Positions 11,635 to 25,091 of a stretch of DNA of 64,000 nt are shown in pieces (positions within the stretch are counted from its first letter, which is position 1; each line of letters starts with the position of its first letter). A program made the position numbers and the translations under genes. Source of the DNA: Salpingoeca rosetta (lineage: Eukaryota; Protista; Choanoflagellata); assembly GCA_033442325.1 (NCBI GenBank), contig JAWQFM010000027.1:67844-131843 (forward strand). The letters run 5' to 3'. The notes under the pieces were generated by a model. That model saw only the letters and a list, made by a program, of their open reading frames with translations. It was not told the DNA's origin and searched no databases.

Positions 11635-14600
11635 ATGGGTGTGCGTGGGCTGACGAAGCTGATGCAGCAGCTGCTGCCGGTGGAGGCGTACCCGCTGCAA
11701 GGGCTTCGCATCATCGTGGACGCGTCCTCGCTCCTGTACTCGTTCCTGAACCCGCGCATGACGCTGCTGGGCGGCGAGCTGGCCACACTCTCGCGCTTCC
11801 TGCGCACCTTCTTCCACGCGCTCAACGCAAACGGGTGCTCCGGCATCGTGGTTGTGGATGGCGGCGTGGACGACTGGAAGCTCGCCACGCTCGAGGCCCG
11901 CCTCACGAGGAAGATCAGCACCATGAGCAAGGGCGAGATGTCGGTGCCCCGCCCCGCGCACGCCATCAACCTCGTCATCGAGACGGCCCGCGCCTCAAAG
12001 TGGGAGGTGCTCATCGCGGAGAAGGAGGCCGACGGTGCCATCCGCGCCGTCGCCGAGGCAAACCCATACCACTGGCACGTGGTACGTTGACGTGTGTTGT
12101 GGGTGTGGGTGTGGGGAGTTGGGGGGGGGGAGGTGTTGCTTGCGTGGGGGTGGTTTCCGCACACGCGAATACGCTTCGCCTCGTTCATGTGGGTTCGCAC
12201 AGCACAGCACTGCACAGCACAGCACAAGACCGGACACATCTCCTTCAGTGCGCTTTCTCATACACCCTCACTCGTGATGTATTGCAGTTGTCATCGGACA
12301 GCGACTTCTACCTGTGCCGCGTGGCGAGCGTGATCCTGCCAGACACGATGCGCGCGCCATACACGAGTGCACATGCCATCACTCGACCACTGGACGCACT
12401 CTGCGCACGGCTGGAAGCGCCCTGGCCAACACTTCTCGTTGCAGCTTCCCTCGTGGGCTGCGACGCAAACAAGCACAAGTCCGTCCTCACAGGCGGCCAA
12501 CGTGCCCTCGGTAATGTGTGTGTCTGTGTGTGTCTGTGTGTGTCTGTGTGTGTGTGTCTGTCTGTCTGTCTGTCTGTGTGTGTGTGAGTGTGTCTGTCTG
12601 TGTCTGTCTGTCTGCCTTTGTCTTGTGTGTGTCCGATCACTCCCTCTCTACCTGCACCCCCTTCCTCCTTGGTTGTACCGCTCTCCTTCTGCACACAAGC
12701 GCCCTCCCCCGGCCTGATCAACCTGCTTACTTTGTGCTGACCGGTCGCCACATCAGGCTTGAAGAATCGCGCCAACTTTGTTGCTGCGGTTGCGTTGCTG
12801 CGCGAGTTTGGCCAGCGTGTTCCACTGGGCACCAATGTGCTTGATTCAACCCACCACATTATCGCCGCCATCGGTCGCCGCCTCCCAAAGCTCAAGGACC
12901 TGCCGCCCGCCCTCACAGAGGTGCAGACACCAACTGTCTGTGTCTGTGTGTGTCTGTGTGTGTCTGTGTGTGTCTGTGTGTGTTTGTCTGCCTTTCTGCC
13001 TACGTGTCTGTTTACGTGTCGATTGTTCTATTCGCCCGATCGCATCGGCTTCCATCACACAGCCCTTTGCGCCGCGCTCATGCTCTCGCTCATCCGTATA
13101 CAACTCTTTCTTCCCCTCTCTTCTCCGCCCCAACACACACACACACAACACGCATGCGTGCAGGGTGTTGAGTCGCTGGTTGGCACGTGCGGATATGTGT
13201 CGTCCTATCGCCGCTACACTCTGCCGCTGACGTCGCTGCTACCGCTCATGCTGTCGGGATGCGTGTGCGACCAGGCCGTCTCGGCCATTGACAGCGGCAC
13301 ACAGGCCATGTCCTGCAGACCAGAGGACACAGACCAGGTACAAACTCACTGTGCGAACGACCGCAGTCATGATGATCATGCTGATGCTCGTGACTGCCCC
13401 CAAGCTGCCCATGTTGCTCTCGTTATTGTCGTTTGTCCTCCATGTTGCCGCTGGTTGCAGTTGTGGCAACTCCGTCAGTTGTGCTAGCTGTTGTGATCTG
13501 ATTCAACGCGTTCTCTGCTCGTTCCCTGCCTTTCACACACCCACATGCCCATCACCCCCTCTCACCTCTCGTCCTTCCCTCCCCTCATCTCACTTCCCTC
13601 CCCACCCCCTCCTCTTTCATCTGCCCCCCTCTTCCTCCTTCCTCATCTCCCTCTCTGTCACTCCCCCTCCCCCCAACCGTCCACCAGCCGTCCATCTGGC
13701 TTGCGTCGATGCACCTGCGCAACATCATCCACCGCCTGGCCATTGGCTCGCGCATGCGTGTGCCGGCGACCAGGACGGAGGTGCTGCGGCGTAACTGCCG
13801 TGTGGAGGTTGCCACGCGCGCTGACATGTCCCCACCAGCGCATCCGACACCGGAGGATATGCTCGCACTCGCGGTAGCACACGGGCGGGCGGGGCAGGTC
13901 ACCAACGGTGGCGATGGTGGCGATGGTGGTGCTGGTGGTGAGCAGGCAGCGCAGCCGGACAAAGAGAAGGAGAAGGAGGTGCACGTTGGTGGTGAGGGTG
14001 AAGGTGAGGGTGAGGGTGAGGGTGAAGCGAGGGAAGTGCAGCAGGGCTTGCTGACGACGCTAGCGGTGGCCATGTGCGCGGGCGCATACAACCCGCACAC
14101 GGGACGCATCACAGGCGACGTGTCACGCATCGTGCACCACCTCCTCCAGTTGCCGTACACGCAGTGGCACTCTGTTGCCTGTACGCTGGCGTGGCTGTCC
14201 GCGAGCGTGGTTGCGCCGTCGCACCACAGCTACAGCACGATGCTGTTTGCCTCGCGTGCCCTCATCTTCTGCATGTGCGCGCGGCTGGACGGCGTGCAGA
14301 TGCAGGACGTGCTGGCGGCGATGGCACCAACACCACCACACCAGCAGCACACGGCGACGCAGCAGATGCAGCACCAACAGGGGCAACATGGCAGTGTCAG
14401 TGGCAGTGGTGATGGTGATGGTGTTGGTGTTGGCGGTGGCGAGGGTTCAGGTGGCCTGAGCCGCCGCCACCGCCTTGCTGTGACACATGTGTTCACTGCG
14501 TTCTACACGGGGCTGGGCCAGGTGTCCTTGCTCATGCGCATGCTTGGCCTGGGCAGCAATGTGCTCATGCCACCGAGCAAGGTCGTGGTGGACGCATCCC

Positions 14601-14722
14601 AGGTGGCTGCTGTTGTTGGCCACCACCACCGTACGGGCGCTGCGCTGCCGGCCGACCTGCTCACCACCCACCAGCGCGTCTTCCGCTCACTCGACGCCCT
14701 CATCTCAGCCTGTCGCCCATGA
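11635..14722 (+). CDS. Asteroid/FAM120-like PIN (XPG-N/I) nuclease-domain protein, spliced
   Basis: MGVRGLTKLM start, IIVDASSLLY, LGGELATL, VVVDGG, EKEADG, LSSDSDFY and ASLVGCD are motifs of XPG/FEN1-like PIN domains of the Asteroid type. Confidence 0.85.
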
Positions 14723-14737
14723 TGCGTTGTGCGTGCG

Positions 14738-14853
<116 letters not shown>

Positions 14854-15214
14854 ACAAGGTGGACACACGTTGCGATGCTTCTTGTTGCTGTCTCAGTGTG
14901 CTTGTTCACGCCTGTGTGCTTGTTCTCGCTCTTTTCAGATGATGATGTGTTTATATTTTGAAGTTGGGGGTTGAGGGCAGGTGTTTGGTTGGTTGTTTGT
15001 TAAACACACAGCATGCATGCGTCCTCACATCATGCATAAACGGTGGGTCACACACTCAAGTTACCACACGTGAAAAATGAGGAAACAAAAAGGAAACAAA
15101 CACATTGGAGTGAACGACGGTGAACGAGGTTCAAACGCGCCACACACACAATCAGAAAGGACACATGACGAGGAAGATGGCGAACGGCGGCCGGCGGAGA
15201 GGCAGCGCGTGCGC

Positions 15215-15860
15215 TTATGCGTACTTCTTGAACATGGCCTCGAGCTTCTCTGCGCTGGCGCCCATGAGCTCGTCAATCTGCTTGCCGGCCTTGTACACCT
15301 TGAAGGTGGGCATGGCGCGGATCTGCGCCTCACCAGCGGCGTCCGAGTTCTCGTCGACGTCAACCTTGAAGCACTTGATGGTGCCGTACTGGCCGGCGAG
15401 CTTCTGCTCAACAGAACAATGGCGAAGGAAAGGGGCGGGGGAAGGTGGGGGCGAGGGGCGTTGGGAGATGGAGGTGAGTTACGAGCAATGAGAGCAAGCA
15501 AAGGTGGGAATGAAGACGAGCAAGGCAGAGAGAAGAGGAAGGAAGGAGGGGAAAGAGGGAAGAGCAAGAGGGAGAGGGAAGGGGTGATGCAGGAAGGTTG
15601 AAATGATGCAAACAGGCAAACAAGAAAGCAAACAAGCAAACTAAGCAAACAAGAACGCAAACAAGCAAACAAGCAAACAAGAAGGCAAACAAACAGAACA
15701 ATCAGGCATGCGCGTACACACTAGGTGGTTGACGAACCTCAAAGACGGGGCCAATCATACGGCAGGGGCCGCACCAGGACGCGGTAAAGTCGATGATGAC
15801 GACAGAGTCCTCGGCAATGGCCTTCTTGAAATCGTCAAGGGTCTTCAGGTAGGCAGGCAT
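15215..15860 (-). CDS. TXN: Thioredoxin (2 exons)
   Basis: [20 protein letters not shown] | [40 protein letters not shown]...KKYA*. Contains the WCGPC active site and the MPTF cis-Pro motif. Confidence 0.96.
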
Positions 15861-17055
15861 CTTGGCGTTTGTTGTGTGTGTGTTTGATTGACTGGGTTCG
15901 TTGGTATCTGTGTGTGTGTGTGTGTGTATGCGTATCAATAGGTTATCAAAGGGGTGAGTGTGCGTGGAAGCAAGTTGTCGGCGTGATGGCTGTGCAGCAA
16001 TGTGGTAGCTTGCTGTGGTCTCAGTGATGGCAAAAGATAAATGAACATGTCATCGCCCTTGTCAACAAACACCAAGGAAGGAAAGGCGGGGGACGCGAAC
16101 GAAACAGAAAGCGTAGACACGCAAAGGCAATCCAAAATACAGAAGCAACCCAAGACGGCTGCCAACGCAATCATCTCGCATCAAGCAAGGCGAGGAGGGG
16201 CGTGACCCGAACGCCAACACAGCAATGGCATGATGACACATGACAAGAGCAGGCGAGGAAAAGCGCAAGCGCGGGATGTGTCGGTGTGTGCGTGTGTGTG
16301 TGTGCGTGTGTGTGGGTGTGTGTGTGACACCAGCCAGCTGGTGACGATGGCATCATCATCATCATCCCCAAAAATACACACACGAACGCAACACGGAAGG
16401 TGCGCGGAGAGGCTGGAAGGCACCAGACAAGACTGGTCGACAAGAAGACAACAAAGGAGGAGGAACCATGGAACCATGGACAGTGCCAAAAACAGAATGC
16501 AAGAAAAGAAGCAAAGGAAGTGGTGTGCGCAGACACACATAGCCCCACAGCCACCCACAAATACACACACTCCGCTGCTCTGCCTCTTGTTTCGCCGACT
16601 GACCCGTCTTCCCGCACACATATCCACACACAAACACACACACACAGGCAGGAGACGTACCAGTGTGATGATGATGACGGAGAGAATGAACGATTGCGTG
16701 ACGGCTGCAAGCAAGAAAACAGAAGAAGTAACAGAGGGCTGAAAAAAACAAACCAATGCAGTTTTTTTAATTGTGATGGGTGGGCCCGTTGTATTGGGTT
16801 CCTTGCGAATGATTCCCTCATGATTTCCACTACCTCAACTATGGACGATTAGTTGAAAATATCGACAATTATCGCACTATCATTGGCGCGAGTGAAGCGA
16901 GTGAAGAGAAGAAGAAGGAGAGCGACACACACGCCACACACACCACACACCACACCACCACACACCACACCACACACCACACCACACACCACGCCACCAC
17001 ACACCACACACGACCCGCTCATCAAGCACCAAAGCTGCCACAACGACAAACAAAC

Positions 17056-20000
17056 ATGGCTGAGACCGGGGCGGTGGTAGCGCCGAGCACGACGCTTTCC
17101 AGTAGCACGGAAGCTGCTCCAACAGAGGAGAGAGCACACCAACACGACACAAGCACAGCAGCCATGCTACAACAAAACACACAGCAACAACATGCACACG
17201 AAGAACAACAACAGCAACAAGCTGGAGCACAGAAGGATGGAGCACAGGAGCAAGAAGGAGGGCAGGAGCAAGATGAGGCGCAAGAAGTAGTCCATGCACA
17301 AGACGCACAACAACAACAACAACAGCAGCAGCAACAACAACAACAGCAAGAGGGACAATCGTCCTCAACCTCAGCCTCAACCTCAGCCTCAGCCTCAGCC
17401 TCGTCGTCATCTGCATCAGCGTCAGCGCGTGCCTCTCCAACGAGCGAGTCACAAACACCGGCAACCGGTGCTACCACTGCTCCATCAACCGCCGCAGCCA
17501 GCAATGGCGAATCCGCGGACGGAGATACCGAAACCGCCGCCACGACCACCGCCACCGCCACCGCCACCTTGCCTGCGAAGGCCCAGCAGCGCTCACGCGC
17601 AAAGCCAAAGCCCAGGACGACCGCAAGAGCACGGCAGAAGCCTGCCGCCTCAAGATCAAGGGCCAAGCCGAAGCCCCGGTCTCGCGCGAGATCCGCCAAG
17701 CCCAAGGAGGCCGCAACCGTGGCTGCACCCACAGGCAGCCAAGGAGCAAAGACCGTGGCCAAGGCCAATGCCAAGGCCAAGCGGGGGTCAGCAAAGGCCA
17801 AGCGCGGCTCCAACAGCAGATCTTCGGCGTCCTCTCGGCGCAACACCGGAGGTGGAAAGTCTGGCAGCAAGGTCAAGGTTGAGGAGGAGGAGGACGACGA
17901 CGACGATGATGATGCTGACGCCACAGATGATAAGGAGCAAGAAGAGGAAGAGGAAGAACAAGTGCCGCTGGACATTGACACCGTTGAGCCCTTTGTTGTC
18001 GACGCCCTCGCAGACGTACGTACATGGTTGTGTGTGCGCGTGTGTCTGTGTCTGTGTGAACGTCCGTGTATCTGCGTCTGCGTCTGTGTCTGTGTCTGTA
18101 CGTGTCTGCGTCTGTGTGTGTGTGTGTGTGTGCGTCTGTGCGTATGTGTATTCATACATCCGCAGCCAAGCATTCACCCTTCAAAAAGCACACCTGCTTT
18201 CCCTTTCCTCGCATCTCACGTGTGCACGCTGCTCCGTACCCCCTTCCATCCGCCATTGCCCAACACAGGCGATGCAAGACGACATTAACGACAAGCTCGT
18301 GAATCTGATGCACGGGCTGCGCCGAAAGCTGCAAAACGCCGCCAACCGCTGCAACCGCCTCCACAAGACAAGCTACCTCGCCCCAGAGTACGTTGCACGC
18401 CCTGTGTGCTCTGCGCTGTGTGTGTGTGTGTGTTTGTGAGTGTGTGAGTGTGTGTGTGTGTTTGCTCTGTGTGTGTGTGTTTGTGAGTGTGTGTGTGTTT
18501 GCTCTGTGTGTGTGTGTGTGTCCCTGTGCTTGTTCTTGGGCTCTGTGCTTGTTCTTGGGCTCTGTGTTTCCGTTTGTTCCAACTGCTCACGAGCACATGC
18601 ACACGCTCACGTCAACCCTCTGCCGGATTTCACCACACGCGCGCAGCATTGAGGCGGTGATTATGGAGTGTTTTGACCGCACCAAGACTGACCTCCGCGA
18701 CTGCAAATGGGACAGGTTCGCTCGCTTGCTCACTCGTGTGTGTATGTGTGTGTGTGTGTGTCTGTGTGTATGTGTTTGTGTGTGTCTGTGTCTGTGTCTG
18801 TGTGTGTCTGTGTGTGTGTGTGCGGTTCCGTTTACCTCTGTGGTCAACACACACGCCCTGCCGCACATCCGCTCCTCCCCCACCCTCACATCATCCCCAC
18901 TGACACCACCACCACCACCATCCTGACGCCAGGCCGCCGACACCTCCGCCACGGCTCAAGTCGCGGCAGGTGACAGCGGCGGCAGCAGCAAACGCAGCCG
19001 TCTGCTTCGCCAACGCACCGTCGTCATCGTCATCCCCACCATCATCGCCATCATCGTCGTCGTCGTTGTCGTCGTCAGGCAAGAGCAAGAGCAAGACTGC
19101 CGCGGCCAAGAGGAAGCGGCCCTCCTCCTCATCAGCAGCATCATCAGCAAAGCCAGGCGCTGGTGCTGGTGGTGGTGATAGTGGTGCCAAGGCGAAAGGA
19201 AAGGCCAGAGCAAAGGCTGCCAAGCCACGATCACGTGCATCGAAAGCCAAGCAGACTGACCAAGACCAGCCGCAGAAGCAAGCGAGGAAGCCACGCAAGA
19301 GCACACCTAAGGCTTCAGCAGCAGCAGCAGCAGCAGCAGTATTGAAGGGGGAAGGGAAGCAGGAGGTGGTGGCGCGGCGGGCGGCAAAGGCGCGGCCGGG
19401 CGGAGCGAAGCCAATCGCACGCGGCCGCAGCAAAGCAGCAAAGGCACGCGCAGCAGCAGCGGCGGCAACAGTAAAGCAGGAGGTGAAGGGTGGTGAGACG
19501 AAAGGTGTTGAGATGAAAACAGTTGAGGTGAAGGGTGGTGACAAGACTCAGCCACCAGCAACTTCGTCGTTGTTGTTGTCACCATCATCAACACCATCGC
19601 CATCATCAGCCCCAACTTCAGCAGCAGACGCAACACATACAGGAGAGGCAGCAGATGTCACACCAGGAGACGCTGGCGTGGAGGTCAAGAAGCCAAAGCA
19701 CACGGCCGTTGCCGCCAAGAATGAAGTCGCCGGCACTGCTACCACGCACAGACCTGCCGCAATGACGCTGCTGCTGGCATCCTCCCTCTCGTGTGGCGGC
19801 GGCGATGCTGATGGCGACGGTGAACCGGGAACGAAGCGAGCAAAGACAAGCGCGCAAGCCAGTACCATCAGCGACAATAACAACAACAACGACGACGACA
19901 ACGACAGCAGCAATACTGGTCCAGAGCCTGGTGTTCCCATACCTGCAACAGCGCCTACAAGCAGCGCGTTGGCAGTGAGCACAACTGCGCCCGCACGGCA

Positions 20001-20301
20001 GATGCTTCCGTCCACGGCATCCACGCCGCCACGATCGCCATCGCTCGCTTCGCAAGGCGACAGTGCACCAGCAGATGCACCAATAGATGCACCAGCACAC
20101 ACGGCAATCACGGCCGACTCGGCTGCTGTCGCCGCCACCACCACAGCAACAACAACATCATCATCATCATCATCAACAACAACAACAACAACAACAACAA
20201 CATCAACACAACCGCCAGCGCCAGCAGCAGCAGCACGTGTGCCCGAGCCTCTGGCGGTGGCTGCTGTCAAGGCCATGCCATCTCTGCCATCAAGCTCTTG
20301 A
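17056..20301 (+). CDS. Hypothetical protein, mostly disordered (Q, A/K/R, S/T-rich) with a small ordered core; 4 exons
   Basis: Phase-compatible GT-AG exons at ~17056-18015, 18269-18387, 18648-18715 and 18933-20301 join into one frame. No family recognised. Confidence 0.7.
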
Positions 20302-21130
20302 CACAGAGCAAGCAAGGCATGATATCCTGTACACGAACCAAAGCCGAGCTATCACTTCATCGCTATTTACTCTTTGCGTCCCTGTGCGTGTGTGTGTCTG
20401 TGTGTGTCTGTGTGTCTGTGTGTGTGTGTGTCTGTGTGTGTGTTTGTGGTTGGTTGGTTGGTTGGTTGGTGTCGCTTCCTGTTTCGCTGTGCATGACTCC
20501 ATCGCTGTGTATCCTTGTTGTCTGCTTTTGCTTCTAATCGTGTCATGTGAGAACTAATTTAAGTGTACTGCAAGTACGTGAGGCACCATATGTGAGCACA
20601 CGCAGGCATCTCATGTGATGTGTCTTGTGAGTGGGCACCGCACCACACGCAGAGTGAGTGAGCTCGTGTCAGTGGCAGCAGCAGCAAAAAGTCACATCAT
20701 GTACACATACCCACACGACCACCAGAAATGATTCGATGGGCATTTATGCGTGTGCACGAGGTTGATGAAGACGAACCAGAACAACCAACAACCAACCACG
20801 CCGCGTGTCTCTCGTTCAGCAGTCCCCCTTCCTCCCCATGCTCCAATGCGTGCTGCACTGAGCAGTGCAGGCAAGCGTGCGTTCCTCTTCTTCCCGATCT
20901 ACCGAAGCACAGCTTTTCGCGCTGGTGTCGTTGCGCGTCGCACAGCGCCATCTTGTCAGCCCGTGGTGGCACTGCCGACAACAACCGCTTCCTCGCACAC
21001 GCCAACCGTCTCAAACACTCACCACCACCGTAACTTATCAGCACCAAGAACCACGACAAGAACCACGACAAGAGCCACAACACCTTCAGCACTAGCAGGC
21101 GTAACATTATCACCCATCCAACAGTCCACC

Positions 21131-24100
21131 ATGTCCGACACCAACAGCATTAGCAGCAGCACAGCCACAGCGTCCATCTGGACGCGCAGGCGCAGGAGGA
21201 ACAAGAAGAAGAGTGGCACCTCCCTGGCCGCGGGTGACGCTGATGGCACCGCGACCGCCGCCTCCTCCAAGCCGCAGCCGCGGCTGGACACTGCGCCCAC
21301 CATCACCCTGCCACCAGACTTCTTTGCGGCGCGTGGCATCTCCGTGCGAAAAGAGACGGTGCACCTGCACGACTACGAGAGCATCATCACTGGGGACGGG
21401 GGAATCCCGCGCAACAAGCGCGCAAAGATCTCCCACATTGGCACGGCAACAGCGCCATCCTCTCCGCTGGTCGCCCTCAGCCCCATCATGTCCCCGCTCC
21501 ATGTGCAAGCCAGGCGCACAGCACGCCGTGCCATGTCCACGTGCGCATCAGCCCCATCCTCGTCCGCCTCCTCGTCTTCGTCTCGCTCAACCACGCCGCC
21601 AACACCATCTCCGGGCACCGCCACCGCCACCGCCGCCGCCGCAATGGACAGCAGCGCCAACAACAACACCAGCGACCATGGCGAGGACGACTCCGACAGT
21701 GACAGTGACAGCGACAGCAATGGTGTGGCTGATACAGGTGCTGCACAGCAGCAGTACGGCACCACTCCGCCCCACAACCACCACCACCACCACCATAACC
21801 GCCGCCGCCGCCACCACCACCACCATAACCGCCCGAACATCTTCCAGGACCCGACGCGGCGGGTGTTTGCGCTCGACTGCGAGATGGTTGGCACGCGGTA
21901 CACGAGCGCGCTGGGCCGCATCAGCATTGTGGACGAGCAGTGCAACGTGGTGCTGGACGAACTGGTGCTGCCAATGCAGGTGATCCACGACTTCCGCACG
22001 CGCTACTCCGGCCTGACGCGGCGGCACATGCGACAGGCGCAGCCGTGGGAGGCGATCAAGGCAAAGGTGGAGGCCCTGCTGCAGGGCGCCATCGTCATCG
22101 GCCACGACGTCAAGAACGACTTTGAGGTGATGCACATCCACCCGCTGCGGGTGCGGGCGGCCATATGGGACACGAGCGACGTGCCCGCGCTGCGTGCCGC
22201 TGCTGGTCTGCCCGTGACGAAACGGCCAAAGCTCAAGGCACTGTCAGCTGCACTGTTGGGCGTCGATATCCAGACATCAAACCAGGGGCACAGCAGTGTC
22301 GAGGACGCACAGGTGCGTACGTGTGTGTGTGTGTGTGTGTTTGCGTTTGCATGTGTGTACGTGTGTGTACGTGTGTGTACGTGTGTGCATGTATTTGCTT
22401 ATGCATGTGTTGTATTTGCGTGTGCATGTGTGTGTGTGTTTCTATGTGTGCTTCACTGGGTTTGGCTTGTTCCTTATCCACCTGCACTGCGTTTGGCTTG
22501 TTCCTTATCCATCTGCACTGCGTTTGGCTTGTTCCTTATCCACCTGCCTGATGGCTCCTGACTCCACCCCACTTTAAACACCCCAACTCCACCCCCTCCT
22601 CTTACGCAATACAACTGCGTTTTCAGGCGTGCATGCGCCTGTTCCTCAAGTACCGTGCAGCCGCATATGAGCCGCACGGGTGGACTGTGGAGCCATGGTA
22701 CTTCCACCGCCTCGCTCTCTCGCGCCTCGACAGACACACGCGCGCGCTGACAACTGGCGGCGTTGCTGCCACCTTCCTCGCCGCTGAGGCCCTCAGGCGT
22801 GGCTGGGACGTCACAGTCACCACAGCATCCTCGGACGGAGGAGCAAGCACCGCTACCGTTGCCACCACCCCAGCCATCACCGCACGTGGTGGCAGCGGTG
22901 TCGCACCAGCACCAGCACCAGCACCATCAGCAGCAGTAGCTGATGACGACGGCGGGGCAGGCGTCGACATTGAGGTGCACGAGCAGGTGTTCCACCTCAG
23001 GCGGCCATCACGCGCGCAGCCAACCCGCCACCGTCACCACAGCTATCATCATCAGCGGCAACAACAACAACAACAACAACAGCAGCAGCAGAAGGGGGCG
23101 GCAACAGCAGGGGGCAATGCAACAATTGTGATCAGCGATGATGATGACGATGCTGATGACGATGCAGCAACAGGAGCAGCAAGCACGGGAGGCCGAAGCG
23201 TTGCGAGCACCACAGCACCAGTGCCATCAAGACAAGCAACGGCCCCTGCACGTGTGCATGTGCGTTTGCACCCCCACCGGCTGGCGCGGCGACGGGTGAA
23301 GCGATGCGAAGTGACGCTGCAACTGCACGACGCCGTCAGCACACGCATCAAGGCCACCATCACCGCCACCTCCACCACCATCAAGACCACCACCACCACC
23401 AACGCCACCGGCCACAGCAGCCGGCACGTGCATGTTGGCAGAGGAGGGGTGGCTGTTGCAGTTGAGGCGACACCGCCCCTGACGCCGCTGCCAGGGAGCG
23501 CGGCAGCATCGGCAATGGTGTCTGGGGAGGCCACCCCGAAGCACGCGGCGCAGGGTGCAGCCGTGACGACAAGCAAGGGCGGGTCGTTCTGGAACAGGCT
23601 GACCACCGCCCTCATTGGCCAGCAGGGGCGCACACGTGGCGGTCGCAGTGTGGCAACCACGCAACAGCAGCAGCAGGAGGAAGAGGACGAGGCGGAGGTG
23701 ACGGTGCGGGAAGCGGTGGACGTGGCGAGTGATGCGATTGTGCAGCACCTTGTTGCGTCTGGGCTGCTGTGCGGCGATACGCAGCAGGCCTTCCACGCCC
23801 TCCACGCCGCCATGCAGACGGCAGGCGGTGTCGACAGTGACGATGACGATGACAATGACGATGATGATGATGATGACGATGCTGAGGATGTTGATGAGGA
23901 TGATGATGACGACAGCAGCGAGGGGGATGGTGACGAGGTGCGCGGGCGGGTGTCGGCGCGACGGGCATATGTGGTGCAGCAGGCTGGGCATCACACGCCG
24001 CTGTGGACGCAGGTGCTCAAGTCGATGGCAGACGCGTATCAAGCACAGCTCGATGTCACGTACCGCCAAGGCACAGCAACACCAGCCCCTGTGCTTGCGC

Positions 24101-24588
24101 GGGAGGGGGTAAGTACCGGATGCGCTGATGGCGGTGGCGGCCGTATCGGCGTTGAGTCAGATACGGATCCAGACGCGAGGAAGACGGGGCCGATGGATGA
24201 TGCAGCGTCATCCACGCCGGCCGAGACAGATGACGGTGCCATGGGGGCTGGGCGGCCCGTGTTCATCGCGCGAATTGCGATGGAGGATCACCTATTCCCT
24301 GTGGTGGTGGAGGGCGAGGGCTCGAGCAAGAAGCAGGCGAAGCGTGCGGCGTGTGCGCTGGCGGTGCTGACGATGCTCAAGGCGGAGAAGTCCCTGGCAC
24401 AGGAAGTTGCCCACCACTGCGTGCTTGCGCTGCCAAGCATGCTGCAGGCCGGACATCACGTTCACCCCGATGCCGCTGAGCGCCACATCCACGCGGCGAT
24501 TGCGCCCGTGCTGGGCCAGCGCATTGCACGCCTGGTCTCCCGCGCTTACAGGGCGAAGTACGAGCAGAAGCACGGCGCTCACTCTTGA
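21131..24588 (+). CDS. DEDDh 3'-5' exonuclease (REXO4/ISG20/AEN-like) with long C-terminal extension containing a dsRBD-like domain; exons ~21131-22312 and 22628-24588
   Basis: ExoI ALDCEMVG, ExoII IVIGHDVKNDF, ExoIII GHSSVEDAQ|ACMRLF, plus DFRTRYSG and PKLKALS. C-terminal FIARIAM...EGEGSSKKQAKRAACALAV. Confidence 0.9.
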
Positions 24589-24693
24589 TGCGCGTTTCGT
24601 TTGTATGTGTGTGTCTGTATGTGGGTGTGGGTGTTTCTGTGGGTGTGCGTGTGTGTGGGTGTGTCTGTTTCTGTGTGTGTCTGTATGTGGGTG

Positions 24694-24732
<39 letters not shown>

Positions 24733-24987
24733 GTGTGTGTGTCTGTGTCTGTGTCTGTGTCTGTGTATCTGTTCACTCTTCACCCCCTGCAACGCATGCG
24801 ACCCCCTTCCACTTGCTGCGACTCCCTCCAGTGACGTTGGCTACGGCTCGCCTTGTCTTGACATATAAACGACTCTTGCTGACGCGCCATAGCTGTGTGC
24901 TACTGCACATAGGAACACAGAGAGAGGGGGGGCAGGAGAGGCGCAAGTGTGCAGACACACGCACACACACAAAAGACACACACACAC

Positions 24988-25046
<59 letters not shown>

Positions 25047-25091
25047 TCGGCTTTTCATGAATGATATGTGATAATTTTCCACCGATAGGAG

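Noticed and set aside
16835-16856. Inverted repeat tcaacta-N8-tagttga upstream of the 17056 gene
   Set aside because: A single 7-bp stem with no second occurrence noticed. It cannot be distinguished from chance.
22460-22546. ~30-bp intronic minisatellite (x3); a similar one lies at ~6642-6712
   Set aside because: Local tandem duplications with no terminal repeats or target-site duplications. No evidence of a mobile element or function.
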